This document shows, piece by piece, positions 41,561 to 51,646 of a stretch of 64,000 nucleotides of DNA. The notes under the pieces are model-generated. The model was not told the origin of the DNA. It saw only the letters and a list, made by a program, of their open reading frames with translations, and did no database searches. The stretch lies in assembly GCA_002506365.1 (NCBI GenBank), contig DAXK01000045.1, positions 6,301-70,300 of the forward strand, written 5' to 3'. The stretch's first letter is position 1. Each line of letters begins with the position of its first letter. A program made the translations under genes and the position numbers. The stretch is from an archaeon UBA583 (GTDB taxonomy: Archaea; Nanobdellota; Nanobdellia; Woesearchaeales; UBA583).

Positions 41561-41920
41561 TTACTCAACTAACTCAACTTTATCTCCTATCTTAATATCA
41601 TTAAACTTACCAGCAGTTGACTCAAATACATATCTTGCTTGTGCTTTTGGAGTATAACTTGCCCTCCAAGGCTTTAAAACAATTCTATCAACAACTTCCA
41701 TATTAGAATTTACAAATAAAATATGATAAGGATAAAAACAAAAAAACATTGTAACAGAACTTCCAAACCGAACATCTTGTGATGATGGCATAACTAAACA
41801 AGCTCCTTTCTCAATTGTTTTTTTAGATGCAAACATCAAACCAACAGAAATTCTCCAAATAGATTTCATAACATTAACATTAGGCAAAATTACTTTACCT
41901 TTGTGAATTAATTGACTCAT
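41561..41920 (-). CDS. DUF192 family protein
   Basis: GLMF, MFFCFYP..ILFVN, LKPW and RYVFE...G....GD pattern. Confidence 0.8.
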   Translation of the reverse strand: MSQLIHKGKVILPNVNVMKSIWRISVGLMFASKKTIEKGACLVMPSSQDVRFGSSVTMFFCFYPYHILFVNSNMEVVDRIVLKPWRASYTPKAQARYVFESTAGKFNDIKIGDKVELVE

Positions 41921-42041
41921 AGAATAAAAATAAAATTATACATTTAAAAATAAATGTATTTAAAAAAAGGAAAATACAAAATTAATTTTAATTTTTTAAC
42001 GTTCGTAAACTCCCTAAAATTAAAAATAATTTAAAATTTAT

Positions 42042-42161
42042 GAATTTCTCAGATTTAGAGAAATTCTTTATATAGATTTTTTTTAACAAACATTATTTCA
42101 TTAAAATCCGCACGAACTTCGTCCGCACTAAAATTTTAATTCATAATCATTGTTAAAAAAA
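42042..42161. other. Nested hairpin element downstream of the ciaB-like gene
   Basis: gaatttctc..gagaaattc, then tttttttaacaa/ttgttaaaaaaa enclosing attaaaat/attttaat and tccgcacgaacttcgtccgcac. Confidence 0.55.
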
Positions 42162-42166
42162 TATTT

Positions 42167-44047
42167 TTATAACGTTTCTCGACCAATCTTTTCATATAAT
42201 TTATAATACCAATCAACAAATCCATAAACTTTCAAATTTACAGGCATAAAAAATCCTAAATCATCCTTTTTAGCAAAATTATCTAAAAATAAACTAGCAT
42301 CAGCTTTATCTAAATAAACTTTAAATAATTGTTCATAATTTTTAATTGTCCATCCCGCAAACTTATTAAAACTCTCTTTTGACATATCAATCTTAAGGTT
42401 TTCATTTTCACAATCAAAATTTAAAACTCCAGTTTCAAACAATCCAGTTAAATGAACTAAACCTTCACAATAATATGGCCAAACTGATTTAGTTTTCTTC
42501 CAAGCAATTAATTTTACAGCCCTCTCAACAACATCATAAAAAACTTCTTTCCAATAAGTTTCAACTTCATCTGATTTAAAAAAAGAAACTAAACCTCCAG
42601 TTGTAGCTTTATATTCCTCAATATTTTTAAAATTTCCAGACCCATTCATCTTAATTTCAGAATCACATCCTTTCCATAAAATATGTCCAAACTCATGCCC
42701 AATTGTAGAAATTGAATATATTTTATGCCAAATATCAGGAGTTTCACAAGCAACTTTTTTCAATTCATCTAAAAACTCTTTTCCAAAAACTTTATTAGAT
42801 AACTTCATATTTGGAGCAGTTTTCTCTAATTCTAAAATAAAATCAGCAAAAGCAAAAATTTTCTTTCCTCTCTTAGAACTTACAAATTCATCATTTGGAA
42901 CAACTTGAGCTGAAAAAAATCCATGAAAAAATTTTGCAAAATATAATAATGGTTTTCCAACATATAATTGAACATTATCTAATCCCTCAAGTGAAACAGA
43001 CTTAATATCTAAAATATTATTACAATCCAAACAATTTGAATCATTACTTAAATACTCATTATACATACTTTTTGTAGCAGATACAACTGTGCTAGCATCA
43101 TTTCGCTTAGGATTTACAACTCTTAAATCCCACTCAATCTCCACACAATTTCTAATATTATCATTATAATACTCCATACAATGTCCTACTTGAATTGGAC
43201 AATCAACATCCATCCAAGCAAAATCAACATCACGCCAAACAGAAATTAAATTATCGCAATCTCTTTCAGATAAAGCATGAATTAAACTCTCAAAATACTT
43301 ATTCCAATTATCTTTCATATCAAAAACATCATCAGACAATTCATCTAAAACTAAAATTAAATCATGTAACTTAGAACAAATCTCATCAACTTCAACTTCA
43401 AAAAATTCTCCATAACTTTGAGTTGAAAACCCACAACTTGAATCTTCATCTTCAACTAAAATTGAATAACTTCTATCTCCAATAGATCCATCAGGTAATT
43501 TATCCATTAAATTATTCTTATGAACAAAGCTAATAGCTTCTTGAACTTTATTATCAAATTTATTTAACAAAATAGAATTAATCTCATTTATAGCAGAATC
43601 CCAAGAAACATCTAATTGAGTAAAAGAAATACCAATTGATTTCACACCTTTAATTAATTCTCGATAAAATGGAGTTAATAACTCTTTTTCCTCCATTTCA
43701 TAAATTAATTCTTCAAACATTGAAATATGATAACTTCCAGCCCAACTATAACTAGATGCTAATATCTCTTTTTTAGATTCTGCATCTAAATCATTACTTT
43801 CAATTTCAGAAATTAAAAAATCATCCTTTAAAGTAACTAATCTACGAATTACAGATAATCTATTTTTATCATTTTTTTCAAACTCAATTGATTCTAAAAA
43901 ATCATCAATAAATTTAGCTTTTTTTTTATCTCCAAACTCATTTTCTTCAAAACACTTGTAAAAAGAATTCAAATTAGCATTTAAGCCATTTGAAATCTCA
44001 TAAACCTTTTGTAAATCATTCATAAAATCAGTTTTTAAATCAGTCAT
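42167..44047 (-). CDS. ciaB: CiaB (Campylobacter invasion antigen B)-family zinc metallopeptidase-like protein
   Basis: IQVGHCMEYY.D, EWDLR, FSAQVVPNDE..S...GKKIFAF, STIGHEFGHILW, KNIEEYKATTGGL and PYYCEGL match CiaB as I recall it. Confidence 0.85.
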   Translation of the reverse strand: MTDLKTDFMNDLQKVYEISNGLNANLNSFYKCFEENEFGDKKKAKFIDDFLESIEFEKNDKNRLSVIRRLVTLKDDFLISEIESNDLDAESKKEILASSYSWAGSYHISMFEELIYEMEEKELLTPFYRELIKGVKSIGISFTQLDVSWDSAINEINSILLNKFDNKVQEAISFVHKNNLMDKLPDGSIGDRSYSILVEDEDSSCGFSTQSYGEFFEVEVDEICSKLHDLILVLDELSDDVFDMKDNWNKYFESLIHALSERDCDNLISVWRDVDFAWMDVDCPIQVGHCMEYYNDNIRNCVEIEWDLRVVNPKRNDASTVVSATKSMYNEYLSNDSNCLDCNNILDIKSVSLEGLDNVQLYVGKPLLYFAKFFHGFFSAQVVPNDEFVSSKRGKKIFAFADFILELEKTAPNMKLSNKVFGKEFLDELKKVACETPDIWHKIYSISTIGHEFGHILWKGCDSEIKMNGSGNFKNIEEYKATTGGLVSFFKSDEVETYWKEVFYDVVERAVKLIAWKKTKSVWPYYCEGLVHLTGLFETGVLNFDCENENLKIDMSKESFNKFAGWTIKNYEQLFKVYLDKADASLFLDNFAKKDDLGFFMPVNLKVYGFVDWYYKLYEKIGRETL

Positions 44048-44237
44048 AATTAAAATATATAGAACTTAATTTATAAAAATTTAGTTTAATTTTAAGAATT
44101 CGATTTAAATACAAAATTATTTTCCAAATTTGTGTTACTTGCTACATATTTTAAACAATCAATTTATATTCACAAAACTTAACTTTATTATATATAAAAT
44201 TAATAAATTAATAAATAGACAATTTTACAAAACCAAA

Positions 44238-44873
44238 ATGGATTTAAAATTAAAAATAAAAAAAATATTATATCAATTAAGTATTATATTTTTCACATTA
44301 TCTTTTCTCACAATAATTGGGACTTCAAACTCTGAATCAGTAATACTTAAAACTCATAATGAAAATATCCCTAAACAACTATTTGATATAACATTTAATA
44401 TATATAAAAACCAAATTGGAGATATAGAACAATTATCAGGATATGGAACATTTGAAAATTTTGGATATGAAACAACACAATTACAATATACTCTAATTTT
44501 ATATGATTCTAATGTTCAAAAAGTATTATCAGTTGATAAAATAATTACTGTTCAAAGCCAAGAATCTCTAAGTTTTGAATTTGAAGAATTTAAAGATTTA
44601 GAACTTGAACCTGGAAAATATTCTATAGTATTAAGCACAATTTACAACACAGATGTAAAAGATATATTTATTCAAGATTTTTATATTTCTAATTTTTATA
44701 AAGATTCTATACAATTTATTTTATTTGTAGTATTTACAATCTTAATCTTTTTTACAATGTTCTTTATAGTTTTTGAAGTTAAAAAAGGTAAAACAAAAAA
44801 AGAAAATAAATTAATTATAAAAGAATATTTAATTAAAAATAAAAAAAAGAAACTAAAACCTAATAAAAAATAA
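44238..44873 (+). CDS. Membrane-anchored protein with uncharacterised Ig-like domain (paralogue of 49740)
   Basis: PKQLFDI...GTFENFGY...EEFKD followed by a TM and basic tail. Start moved to ATG 44238. Confidence 0.65.
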   Translation: MDLKLKIKKILYQLSIIFFTLSFLTIIGTSNSESVILKTHNENIPKQLFDITFNIYKNQIGDIEQLSGYGTFENFGYETTQLQYTLILYDSNVQKVLSVDKIITVQSQESLSFEFEEFKDLELEPGKYSIVLSTIYNTDVKDIFIQDFYISNFYKDSIQFILFVVFTILIFFTMFFIVFEVKKGKTKKENKLIIKEYLIKNKKKKLKPNKK

Positions 44874-44919
44874 ATTTAATTTAAATAAATTTAAATATTA
44901 TAAATTCCATAAATATATT

Positions 44920-45498
44920 ATGAGTTTAGAAAATCCAAAATTACACTGGTATAATCAACCAAAAACAAATACAACTGGTTATAAATTATCAGGTAAATTT
45001 GATTACATTACAGTAGCATCATCACCAATGGAAGATGGAATCACATTAGAAATTGCAAATTCAATCAAAAATTACATAAATGTTTCATCCACCCCATACC
45101 AAATGAATTCATACAATGAATCAATAAATGCAAACTTTCATTGGTTTCCAATTTCAGAATTGGGATTTATGGGTTTTAATACAATTTATGGTTTTATTAA
45201 AACTATGGAAAAAATCGATAAATACAAACAAAAATCAATTATCCACTGTGAAGCTGGAACAAACCGAAGTCCAACTATGGCAATGCTTTGGTTATTATAC
45301 AAAAATGATAATAATCTTAAAAAAGCAAAATCATTCACACCTTTAGAACTAGACCTTGATTCAAAAGTTAAAGGAAACATAGAACTAGGATTAATTCCAT
45401 CTTTAGAAGATTTAAATTTATTTTTTAATGGAATAAAAAAAGATAGATATTTAGATGATATTTTATTTAATGATACAGATTTAGGAAACAAATATTAA
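44920..45498 (+). CDS. Dual-specificity/tyrosine protein phosphatase
   Basis: IHCEAGTNRS (HCx5R) motif. Confidence 0.85.
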   Translation: MSLENPKLHWYNQPKTNTTGYKLSGKFDYITVASSPMEDGITLEIANSIKNYINVSSTPYQMNSYNESINANFHWFPISELGFMGFNTIYGFIKTMEKIDKYKQKSIIHCEAGTNRSPTMAMLWLLYKNDNNLKKAKSFTPLELDLDSKVKGNIELGLIPSLEDLNLFFNGIKKDRYLDDILFNDTDLGNKY

Positions 45499-45523
45499 AT
45501 AAATAATTTTTTTAATTAATTAA

Positions 45524-46384
45524 TTATTTATTATCTCTAGTATGAATTTCAAATAATTCATCTTCAATTTCATCTAAAAAATCATCAATGTCTTTATCTG
45601 GATGTTCCTTTTGAAATTTCTCAAAAGCATCATCATACTTATACACTTCATAAGGATTATCTCCACCATAAATTTCATACTCAATAGAATTAATGAATTT
45701 TTTAAAATCCATATCCGAATCTTCTTTTTGTAAATGTTCTAACCTTTTAGAAAAAGATTCAACAGATTTTTCTAAATCTCCTTGTTTTACATGTTCAGGA
45801 CCTTTAAAATTAAATGTAGGTAAAATTCCAACTCTATCAAAAACTCTAAATACTCTACCATAAACTAATCCTCCAGTCTTTAAAATATTAGAAGCTTCTT
45901 TATCATAAAACTCATAAACATTCTTATCAAAAATTCCCTCTAATTTAATAAAAAAAGTTTCAAAATTTACATCTTTAACTTGATAAATCCCAAAATGAGA
46001 ATTATCTTTTAATTGTTTTAAAAATAACTTTTCAGTTTCAGTAAAAATTCCAGCTCCTAAAATATCATCATACAAAAACTTATCTTGGTCTTTAATTTTT
46101 GCTCGTAACAATAAAAATTCAATAAACCTAAAACTAAACTTATGTTCATTCTTATCATCCTTTGGAACATTTGAATATACTTTATAATGTTCAATATACT
46201 CTTTTAAATCAAACTTTCTATCAAAATAATTAATACACTTCCCATACACATCTCTTAATAAAAAATTTAATTTATACGTATCTAAAGCTTCTTCATTAAC
46301 ACCTGAACCGTGACAAACTTTAAACTTTTTACCAGAATTACAAAAACATGGTCTATTTTCAGAAACAATAATCTTACTATTCAT
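45524..46384 (-). CDS. SEC-C motif-containing protein
   Basis: N-terminal NRPCFCNSGKKFKVCH. Confidence 0.8.
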   Translation of the reverse strand: MNSKIIVSENRPCFCNSGKKFKVCHGSGVNEEALDTYKLNFLLRDVYGKCINYFDRKFDLKEYIEHYKVYSNVPKDDKNEHKFSFRFIEFLLLRAKIKDQDKFLYDDILGAGIFTETEKLFLKQLKDNSHFGIYQVKDVNFETFFIKLEGIFDKNVYEFYDKEASNILKTGGLVYGRVFRVFDRVGILPTFNFKGPEHVKQGDLEKSVESFSKRLEHLQKEDSDMDFKKFINSIEYEIYGGDNPYEVYKYDDAFEKFQKEHPDKDIDDFLDEIEDELFEIHTRDNK

Positions 46385-46526
46385 AAAATAAATCTACAAA
46401 CAACATATTATAAAACTTTGTGAGCACATTATGTCTAAATAAATTATCTTATTAATATAATAAAATACACAAAAAATATTAAAAATAAAACTAAAAACTA
46501 AAAACTAAAAAATAATTTGAATATAA

Positions 46527-47342
46527 TCATTCAATAATTACTTTAATAGTTTCAGTATGATAAACTTCACCATTTGTTAAAACATAACCAACTCTAAAAT
46601 AATTAACTCCCTTCTCTAACTTTTTAGTTAAAATATCAAACTTATGTTCATTAACATCTTGTCCAACAAAAACAGCAGAAGTTTCAGGATAAGTCATATC
46701 AGGATTATCATTAGAAATTAAAACCTTATAATACTTAAACATCTCCTTATCATCTAACTTTTCCCATTCAACAGAAACTAATTGTTTTTCTTTATCATAC
46801 TCAACTTCAATTCCATCAGCTTCAAACTCTAACTCATCATCCTCTCTTTGATCTTCAAAATCCTCATTTTCAAACTCTTCTTCATCAGATTCATCTTCAA
46901 ATCTTTCCCTTTCTAATTCTTCTAATTCCTCTTCTAATTCTTCAATCTCATCAAGCATTTCATTATACTCTTCTTCAAGTTCCTCAAATTCTTCTTCTAA
47001 CTCATCAATCTCATTAAATTCTTCATCCAATAAATCACCTAACTCATTTTCAGAACCAATTTCTTCATCATTTTCAAAATCTTCAAAAACTTCATCAACT
47101 AAATCATCCTGATAATTCTCATCACCATTTTCATTAACTTGTTCATCTCTATCACAAATATTATTGTTATCAACATCCAAACAACACTCAATTCCAACTC
47201 TAATATATGGAGCATTACAAACTACTGCTTTTTCTGAAATTCTTGCAAGATCTTCATCTGAAACTTCAGTTAAATCTACACCTGCACAACCTGTCAAAAA
47301 CAAAGTCCCTAACATTGTAAAACCAATACTTTTCTTTTTCAT
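46527..47342 (-). CDS. Highly acidic lipoprotein
   Basis: LTGC lipobox, CNAPYIRVGIECCLDVDNNNICD module, D/E-rich coiled coil and C-terminal FN3-like domain. Confidence 0.7.
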   Translation of the reverse strand: MKKKSIGFTMLGTLFLTGCAGVDLTEVSDEDLARISEKAVVCNAPYIRVGIECCLDVDNNNICDRDEQVNENGDENYQDDLVDEVFEDFENDEEIGSENELGDLLDEEFNEIDELEEEFEELEEEYNEMLDEIEELEEELEELERERFEDESDEEEFENEDFEDQREDDELEFEADGIEVEYDKEKQLVSVEWEKLDDKEMFKYYKVLISNDNPDMTYPETSAVFVGQDVNEHKFDILTKKLEKGVNYFRVGYVLTNGEVYHTETIKVIIE

Positions 47343-47444
47343 ATTTGATTTTTTAAAAATTTGACTTAAAAAGATTTGTTACTTTAAAAATAAAATCTAA
47401 TATAAATAATTATATAAAACTCAACATAAAAAACTTAAAATTCT

Positions 47445-48734
47445 TTATTTAAATTCTACAATACCTGAATATAAAAAATATAAAAATTGATGATAATTAA
47501 TTGGTTCCAAAGTTAACTTAAAATCCTTTTTTCTAACTAATTTATACAAACTATCTTTTCCAGCATTATAACTAACTCCAATCATAAACAAATCAATATA
47601 ACTAAAAGGATGAGTCCCATAAATATTAATATCTAACTCTTGCATAAAATTAATTAAATTTAAAATTCCAGCCTCAATTAATTCATCATCACTAGCAGAA
47701 CTAAAATTTTTCTTTTTAGTAAATCTTTCATAAGTTTTAGGCATAACTTGAATTGGTCCACGAGCCCCAGCATGAGATGTGCTAGAACCATACCCATAAG
47801 AAGTTTCAATTAAACATAATAAATTAACTAATTTAGAATTCACATTTAATTTATTTGATAACTTATCAATTTTCTCTCTTAACTGAGGATTTAAAGAAAC
47901 TGAATTAATTGAAAACTTAGTAATTTCACTTAATTTATGAATATTAATATCTGACAACTCTAAACCTTTTTTATTAACATGTCTAAGCAATCTTAACAAC
48001 AATTTATCAGAATCTTCTTTTGAATAAATATAATCAATAATTTTTTTTTCAATTAATTTAGGGTAATCTTTATAATTCACACCTTTATCATTCATAAAAA
48101 CTCTCAAACTAGAATACTTAATTTCATTAATCTTATTATTAAACCAATTAATTTCAGAATCAACATCACCGAGCAAGGAACCTAAATTCTCAAATAAATA
48201 TTTTTTAACCAAAACTGAATAATACCTATCTCTCATAAGTAAAAATAAAATTCTTAAATCTTCCAAAAAATTTTTCTTTAATAATCCTTTTTCAATATTT
48301 AAATTTTGTAACATAATCTCAAAAACTGGTTTTAAAACAAATCCATTTTCACTATAAAAATTCGATCTTGATATTCCCATATACAAAATTCCCATAATAA
48401 AATTATATCCCTGTTCATCTAATTTTTCTTTAATAATTTTTTTCTTTTGATAAAAACCAGCATTACTATAACCTGCTGGAAAATTAAACTCATACCAAAC
48501 TGAAACATAATAATCAAATAAAACTTGACACTCATCAACACTTAACTCTTCTTTAAAATGTAATTTTTTAATAACATAAGATAAATCAATTTTATCATTT
48601 GAACTTAAATTACCACTTTGATAACTAGAATTTGAACTTAAGCTAGGTTCAGCACTAATTTTACCTGAACCAAAACCAGCAGCTAAAAGACCAGTTCCAA
48701 ATATTTTTTTTAAAAAACTTCTTCGAGTATCCAC
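47445..48734 (-). CDS. Tat-signal protein with C-terminal soluble lytic transglycosylase (SLT/GH23-like) domain
   Basis: TRRSFLK twin-arginine signal (GTG start). SLT motifs LIETS, SHAGARGPIQVMPKT and SYNAG. Confidence 0.82.
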   Translation of the reverse strand: MDTRRSFLKKIFGTGLLAAGFGSGKISAEPSLSSNSSYQSGNLSSNDKIDLSYVIKKLHFKEELSVDECQVLFDYYVSVWYEFNFPAGYSNAGFYQKKKIIKEKLDEQGYNFIMGILYMGISRSNFYSENGFVLKPVFEIMLQNLNIEKGLLKKNFLEDLRILFLLMRDRYYSVLVKKYLFENLGSLLGDVDSEINWFNNKINEIKYSSLRVFMNDKGVNYKDYPKLIEKKIIDYIYSKEDSDKLLLRLLRHVNKKGLELSDINIHKLSEITKFSINSVSLNPQLREKIDKLSNKLNVNSKLVNLLCLIETSYGYGSSTSHAGARGPIQVMPKTYERFTKKKNFSSASDDELIEAGILNLINFMQELDINIYGTHPFSYIDLFMIGVSYNAGKDSLYKLVRKKDFKLTLEPINYHQFLYFLYSGIVEFK

Positions 48735-48902
48735 AATATAATCTAAAAAAAGAATATTTTATTTATAAAAAAATGTCACAACAAAATAAACTACAAATTT
48801 TAAATACAAACTATTAAAATATTACTAGAAAAACTAATAATATTTTAACCACAAAAGAATTAAGCAAAACTTAAAATATTTAATTTAATAAAATTAATTA
48901 AT

Positions 48903-49616
48903 TTATTTTTTAGAATTTAATTTTGATTTTTCACTACATTCCAAATCATTTAACCAATTAATAACTAAATCTACTCCAATCTTATAAAAAAAATTAGTTA
49001 AATCATTAATCTCCTCAAAACTAGAACTCTTAGCAGACTTTCCACCATGAACAATTGAATGCCTTTTTCCTAAAATTACTCGTAATCTATCAATTCTTCC
49101 TTTTTCCAAATCAAGTAACTTAAAAAAATCTAAACCAATTAAATCAAATGCTTTTCTAATTGAATCTAAATTTTGAAACTTATAATTTTGTGAAATAATT
49201 TCTCCCTTTGTAATTTTCCCATCTTTATACAAATCAATTTCAGAAAATGTAAACTTTTTATTAAAATCCAAAACACCTTTTGACTCAGAAAATTTATGAT
49301 TAATTAACTCAACAAATAAATCTCTAAAAAAACTCTCAAAATATGTAATTAAAGAAGTTAAATACAAATTATAATTTATATTATATATATTCTCATTAAT
49401 TAAATTTTCATGTGAAGTTTGAACAATACTTCCAAGTAACGAACCATCCATAGATGAAGAAATAGAATTTACATCAAATTGTTTAAAATAATGATTTAAA
49501 TTATCTTGAAATTCCATATGTTTATCTTTTAACAAATTATGTCCAGTTGAACTAAATTTAATTCTAGTTAAATTAGAAAAATAATTCTCAACAGGATAAG
49601 TAATATTTTTATTCAT
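48903..49616 (-). CDS. HEPN-domain protein (putative RNase/defence)
   Basis: LITYFESFFRD, FQNLDSI and RHSIVH (Rx4H). Confidence 0.7.
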   Translation of the reverse strand: MNKNITYPVENYFSNLTRIKFSSTGHNLLKDKHMEFQDNLNHYFKQFDVNSISSSMDGSLLGSIVQTSHENLINENIYNINYNLYLTSLITYFESFFRDLFVELINHKFSESKGVLDFNKKFTFSEIDLYKDGKITKGEIISQNYKFQNLDSIRKAFDLIGLDFFKLLDLEKGRIDRLRVILGKRHSIVHGGKSAKSSSFEEINDLTNFFYKIGVDLVINWLNDLECSEKSKLNSKK

Positions 49617-49739
49617 AAATATACCTAAAACAACCTAAATTATAAAACTTTTCTATAAATAAATTAAATAAAATAAAATAAATAAATTCTATAAATAATA
49701 TAAACATACTTTAAGTAAATTTTATTTTTAAAATAACTA

Positions 49740-50522
49740 TTAACTTTCATTAGACTTCATAGCATTAATAATATTAAATAAAATAAAAACAAAAACCATA
49801 AAACTTACAATATATATAACAATATTCAAATTATCCTTCATATTAATTTGCTTTTCTTCACCCTCAATAATTCTAAAACTTTGAGAAAATTTATCAGTAA
49901 CATTATCTCCATAGTTAGTAATAAAAATAAAATCATACAATCCAACACTTAAATTTACATCTTTAAACTCTTCTAAATCAAAATTAATTAATTCATTAGT
50001 TTCAACTACTAAACTTCCTGTAATCTCCTTTAACATAGTTTGTTGAAAATCAACTAAAACTAAACTATAATTTACTGGGGTTGGATCATATCCAAAATTT
50101 TCAAAAGTTCCAATAGCTCTAAGTTCATTAACAAAATTAACAACTGACCCATAAACTCTAAACTCAATATCAAATAAATCTTTAGGAACAATCTCAACTT
50201 CTTCACCCTCCTCAATCTCTTCAAAAATAACTTTATAACCATTATATTTCAAATTTGGCAATTTATCTTCATTATCTAAAAACTTTAAAGTCCAATTACT
50301 CGATTCAGGATAAAAATTAGAATTTTGTTTTAAAGATTCTACACAATTCATATTTTTTGTTAAAATAAAATACTCTGATTCAGATTTAGTTGAAATATAC
50401 AATTCTTCACAAGTTGTAATATCAAATGGTCTAAGAGAACTTCCATCACCTCCAACATAAGAATAAATATAATTAAAATTAAATAATATCATTATCGTAA
50501 CTAATATTATCTTTTTAAACAT
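49740..50522 (-). CDS. Secreted, C-terminally anchored protein; paralogue of 44238
   Basis: Signal peptide, GGDGS..PF.ITTCEEL adhesin-type N-module, PKDLFDI..GTFENFGY..EEFKD domain and TM. Confidence 0.65.
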   Translation of the reverse strand: MFKKIILVTIMILFNFNYIYSYVGGDGSSLRPFDITTCEELYISTKSESEYFILTKNMNCVESLKQNSNFYPESSNWTLKFLDNEDKLPNLKYNGYKVIFEEIEEGEEVEIVPKDLFDIEFRVYGSVVNFVNELRAIGTFENFGYDPTPVNYSLVLVDFQQTMLKEITGSLVVETNELINFDLEEFKDVNLSVGLYDFIFITNYGDNVTDKFSQSFRIIEGEEKQINMKDNLNIVIYIVSFMVFVFILFNIINAMKSNES

Positions 50523-50703
50523 AAATTAAATTAAATTAAACTTAGTATAAATAAAATTATAACTAAAAAAAACTCAAAACTAAAAGAAAATAATTAAACT
50601 ATTCAAACAAATTTAATTGAAATTATTTTTATATTTTAATAAAAATATGATTTAAAATAAAAAATAAATTTATTTAAAATTTTTAGAAATTTTAAAATTT
50701 CTT

Positions 50704-51489
50704 TTAATTTAAAATATGTAATAAAAACTTATCACCAAGTGAACCCATTAATTCTTGAGAAGTAGTTTTAAACTCAATACATCCAGTCTCTGAATCATAC
50801 AAAACTTCATTACTTGTATAATCTGAATCAAATAAAATCAATTTATTAGAAAGTGTTGAATCAGCACAAGTAATTTCATCAGAACTAATAATATCTTCTA
50901 AAGCATTTAAAGGAAATCCAAACCCAATACTCATTAAAGTATATAATCTTCCAGAAACTTTCACAACAGCCCCATTACTTGAAGGTTTTGAATTAAAAAT
51001 AAAATCAAAAGTTTCAGTCTCAAAAAATTCTTCTTTACTAATTCCAATTTTATAATTTAATTTTTCAATATCATCTAAATTATTATAAAACTGCATATTA
51101 ATAGTTTTCCCATCTACCTCAAAAGGATATTTATATATTTCAACATTTACTTTAGTTTCTTCAGACTTTTTAGATGAAGATTTTTTAGTTTCAACTATTT
51201 CCTTTTTTTTAATTTCTTCCTTAATTTCTAAAACTTCTGATACTAATTCCTCATTAGTTGAATCCTCTTTAACAATTTGAGGTTTTTCTTTAACTTTTTC
51301 AATTATTTCTTCAGATAAAGTTTCTTTTTTCTCAATTTCATCAGCAATATTTTCAACTTTTTTTAAATCTGAATTATTAACATTTTCAACAGAATTATTT
51401 AAAATTTCACTTGAATTCACTTCTGAATTAACTCCAACACATCCTGCAATAAACGCAATAAATATTAATAAAATAAAATTTTTATTCAT
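50704..51489 (-). CDS. Putative lipoprotein
   Basis: IAGC lipobox, charged linker and globular C-terminus. Confidence 0.65.
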   Translation of the reverse strand: MNKNFILLIFIAFIAGCVGVNSEVNSSEILNNSVENVNNSDLKKVENIADEIEKKETLSEEIIEKVKEKPQIVKEDSTNEELVSEVLEIKEEIKKKEIVETKKSSSKKSEETKVNVEIYKYPFEVDGKTINMQFYNNLDDIEKLNYKIGISKEEFFETETFDFIFNSKPSSNGAVVKVSGRLYTLMSIGFGFPLNALEDIISSDEITCADSTLSNKLILFDSDYTSNEVLYDSETGCIEFKTTSQELMGSLGDKFLLHILN

Positions 51490-51646
51490 AGAAAAAACTA
51501 GTATAAATTATATTATAAACTCTTGTCATATTCAAAACAAATTACTAAATAATTATAATTAATTTATCCTAAATAATACGTAATTTTTTTATAACTACTA
51601 ATTTAAAAAGTTTAAATATATATAATATATGTCATATCATTTTATT

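Noticed and set aside
46485-46512. (AAAAACT-like) short tandem repeat and other AT-rich intergenic runs
   Set aside because: Low-complexity sequence expected at this AT content. They probably act as oligo-T terminators on the minus strand.
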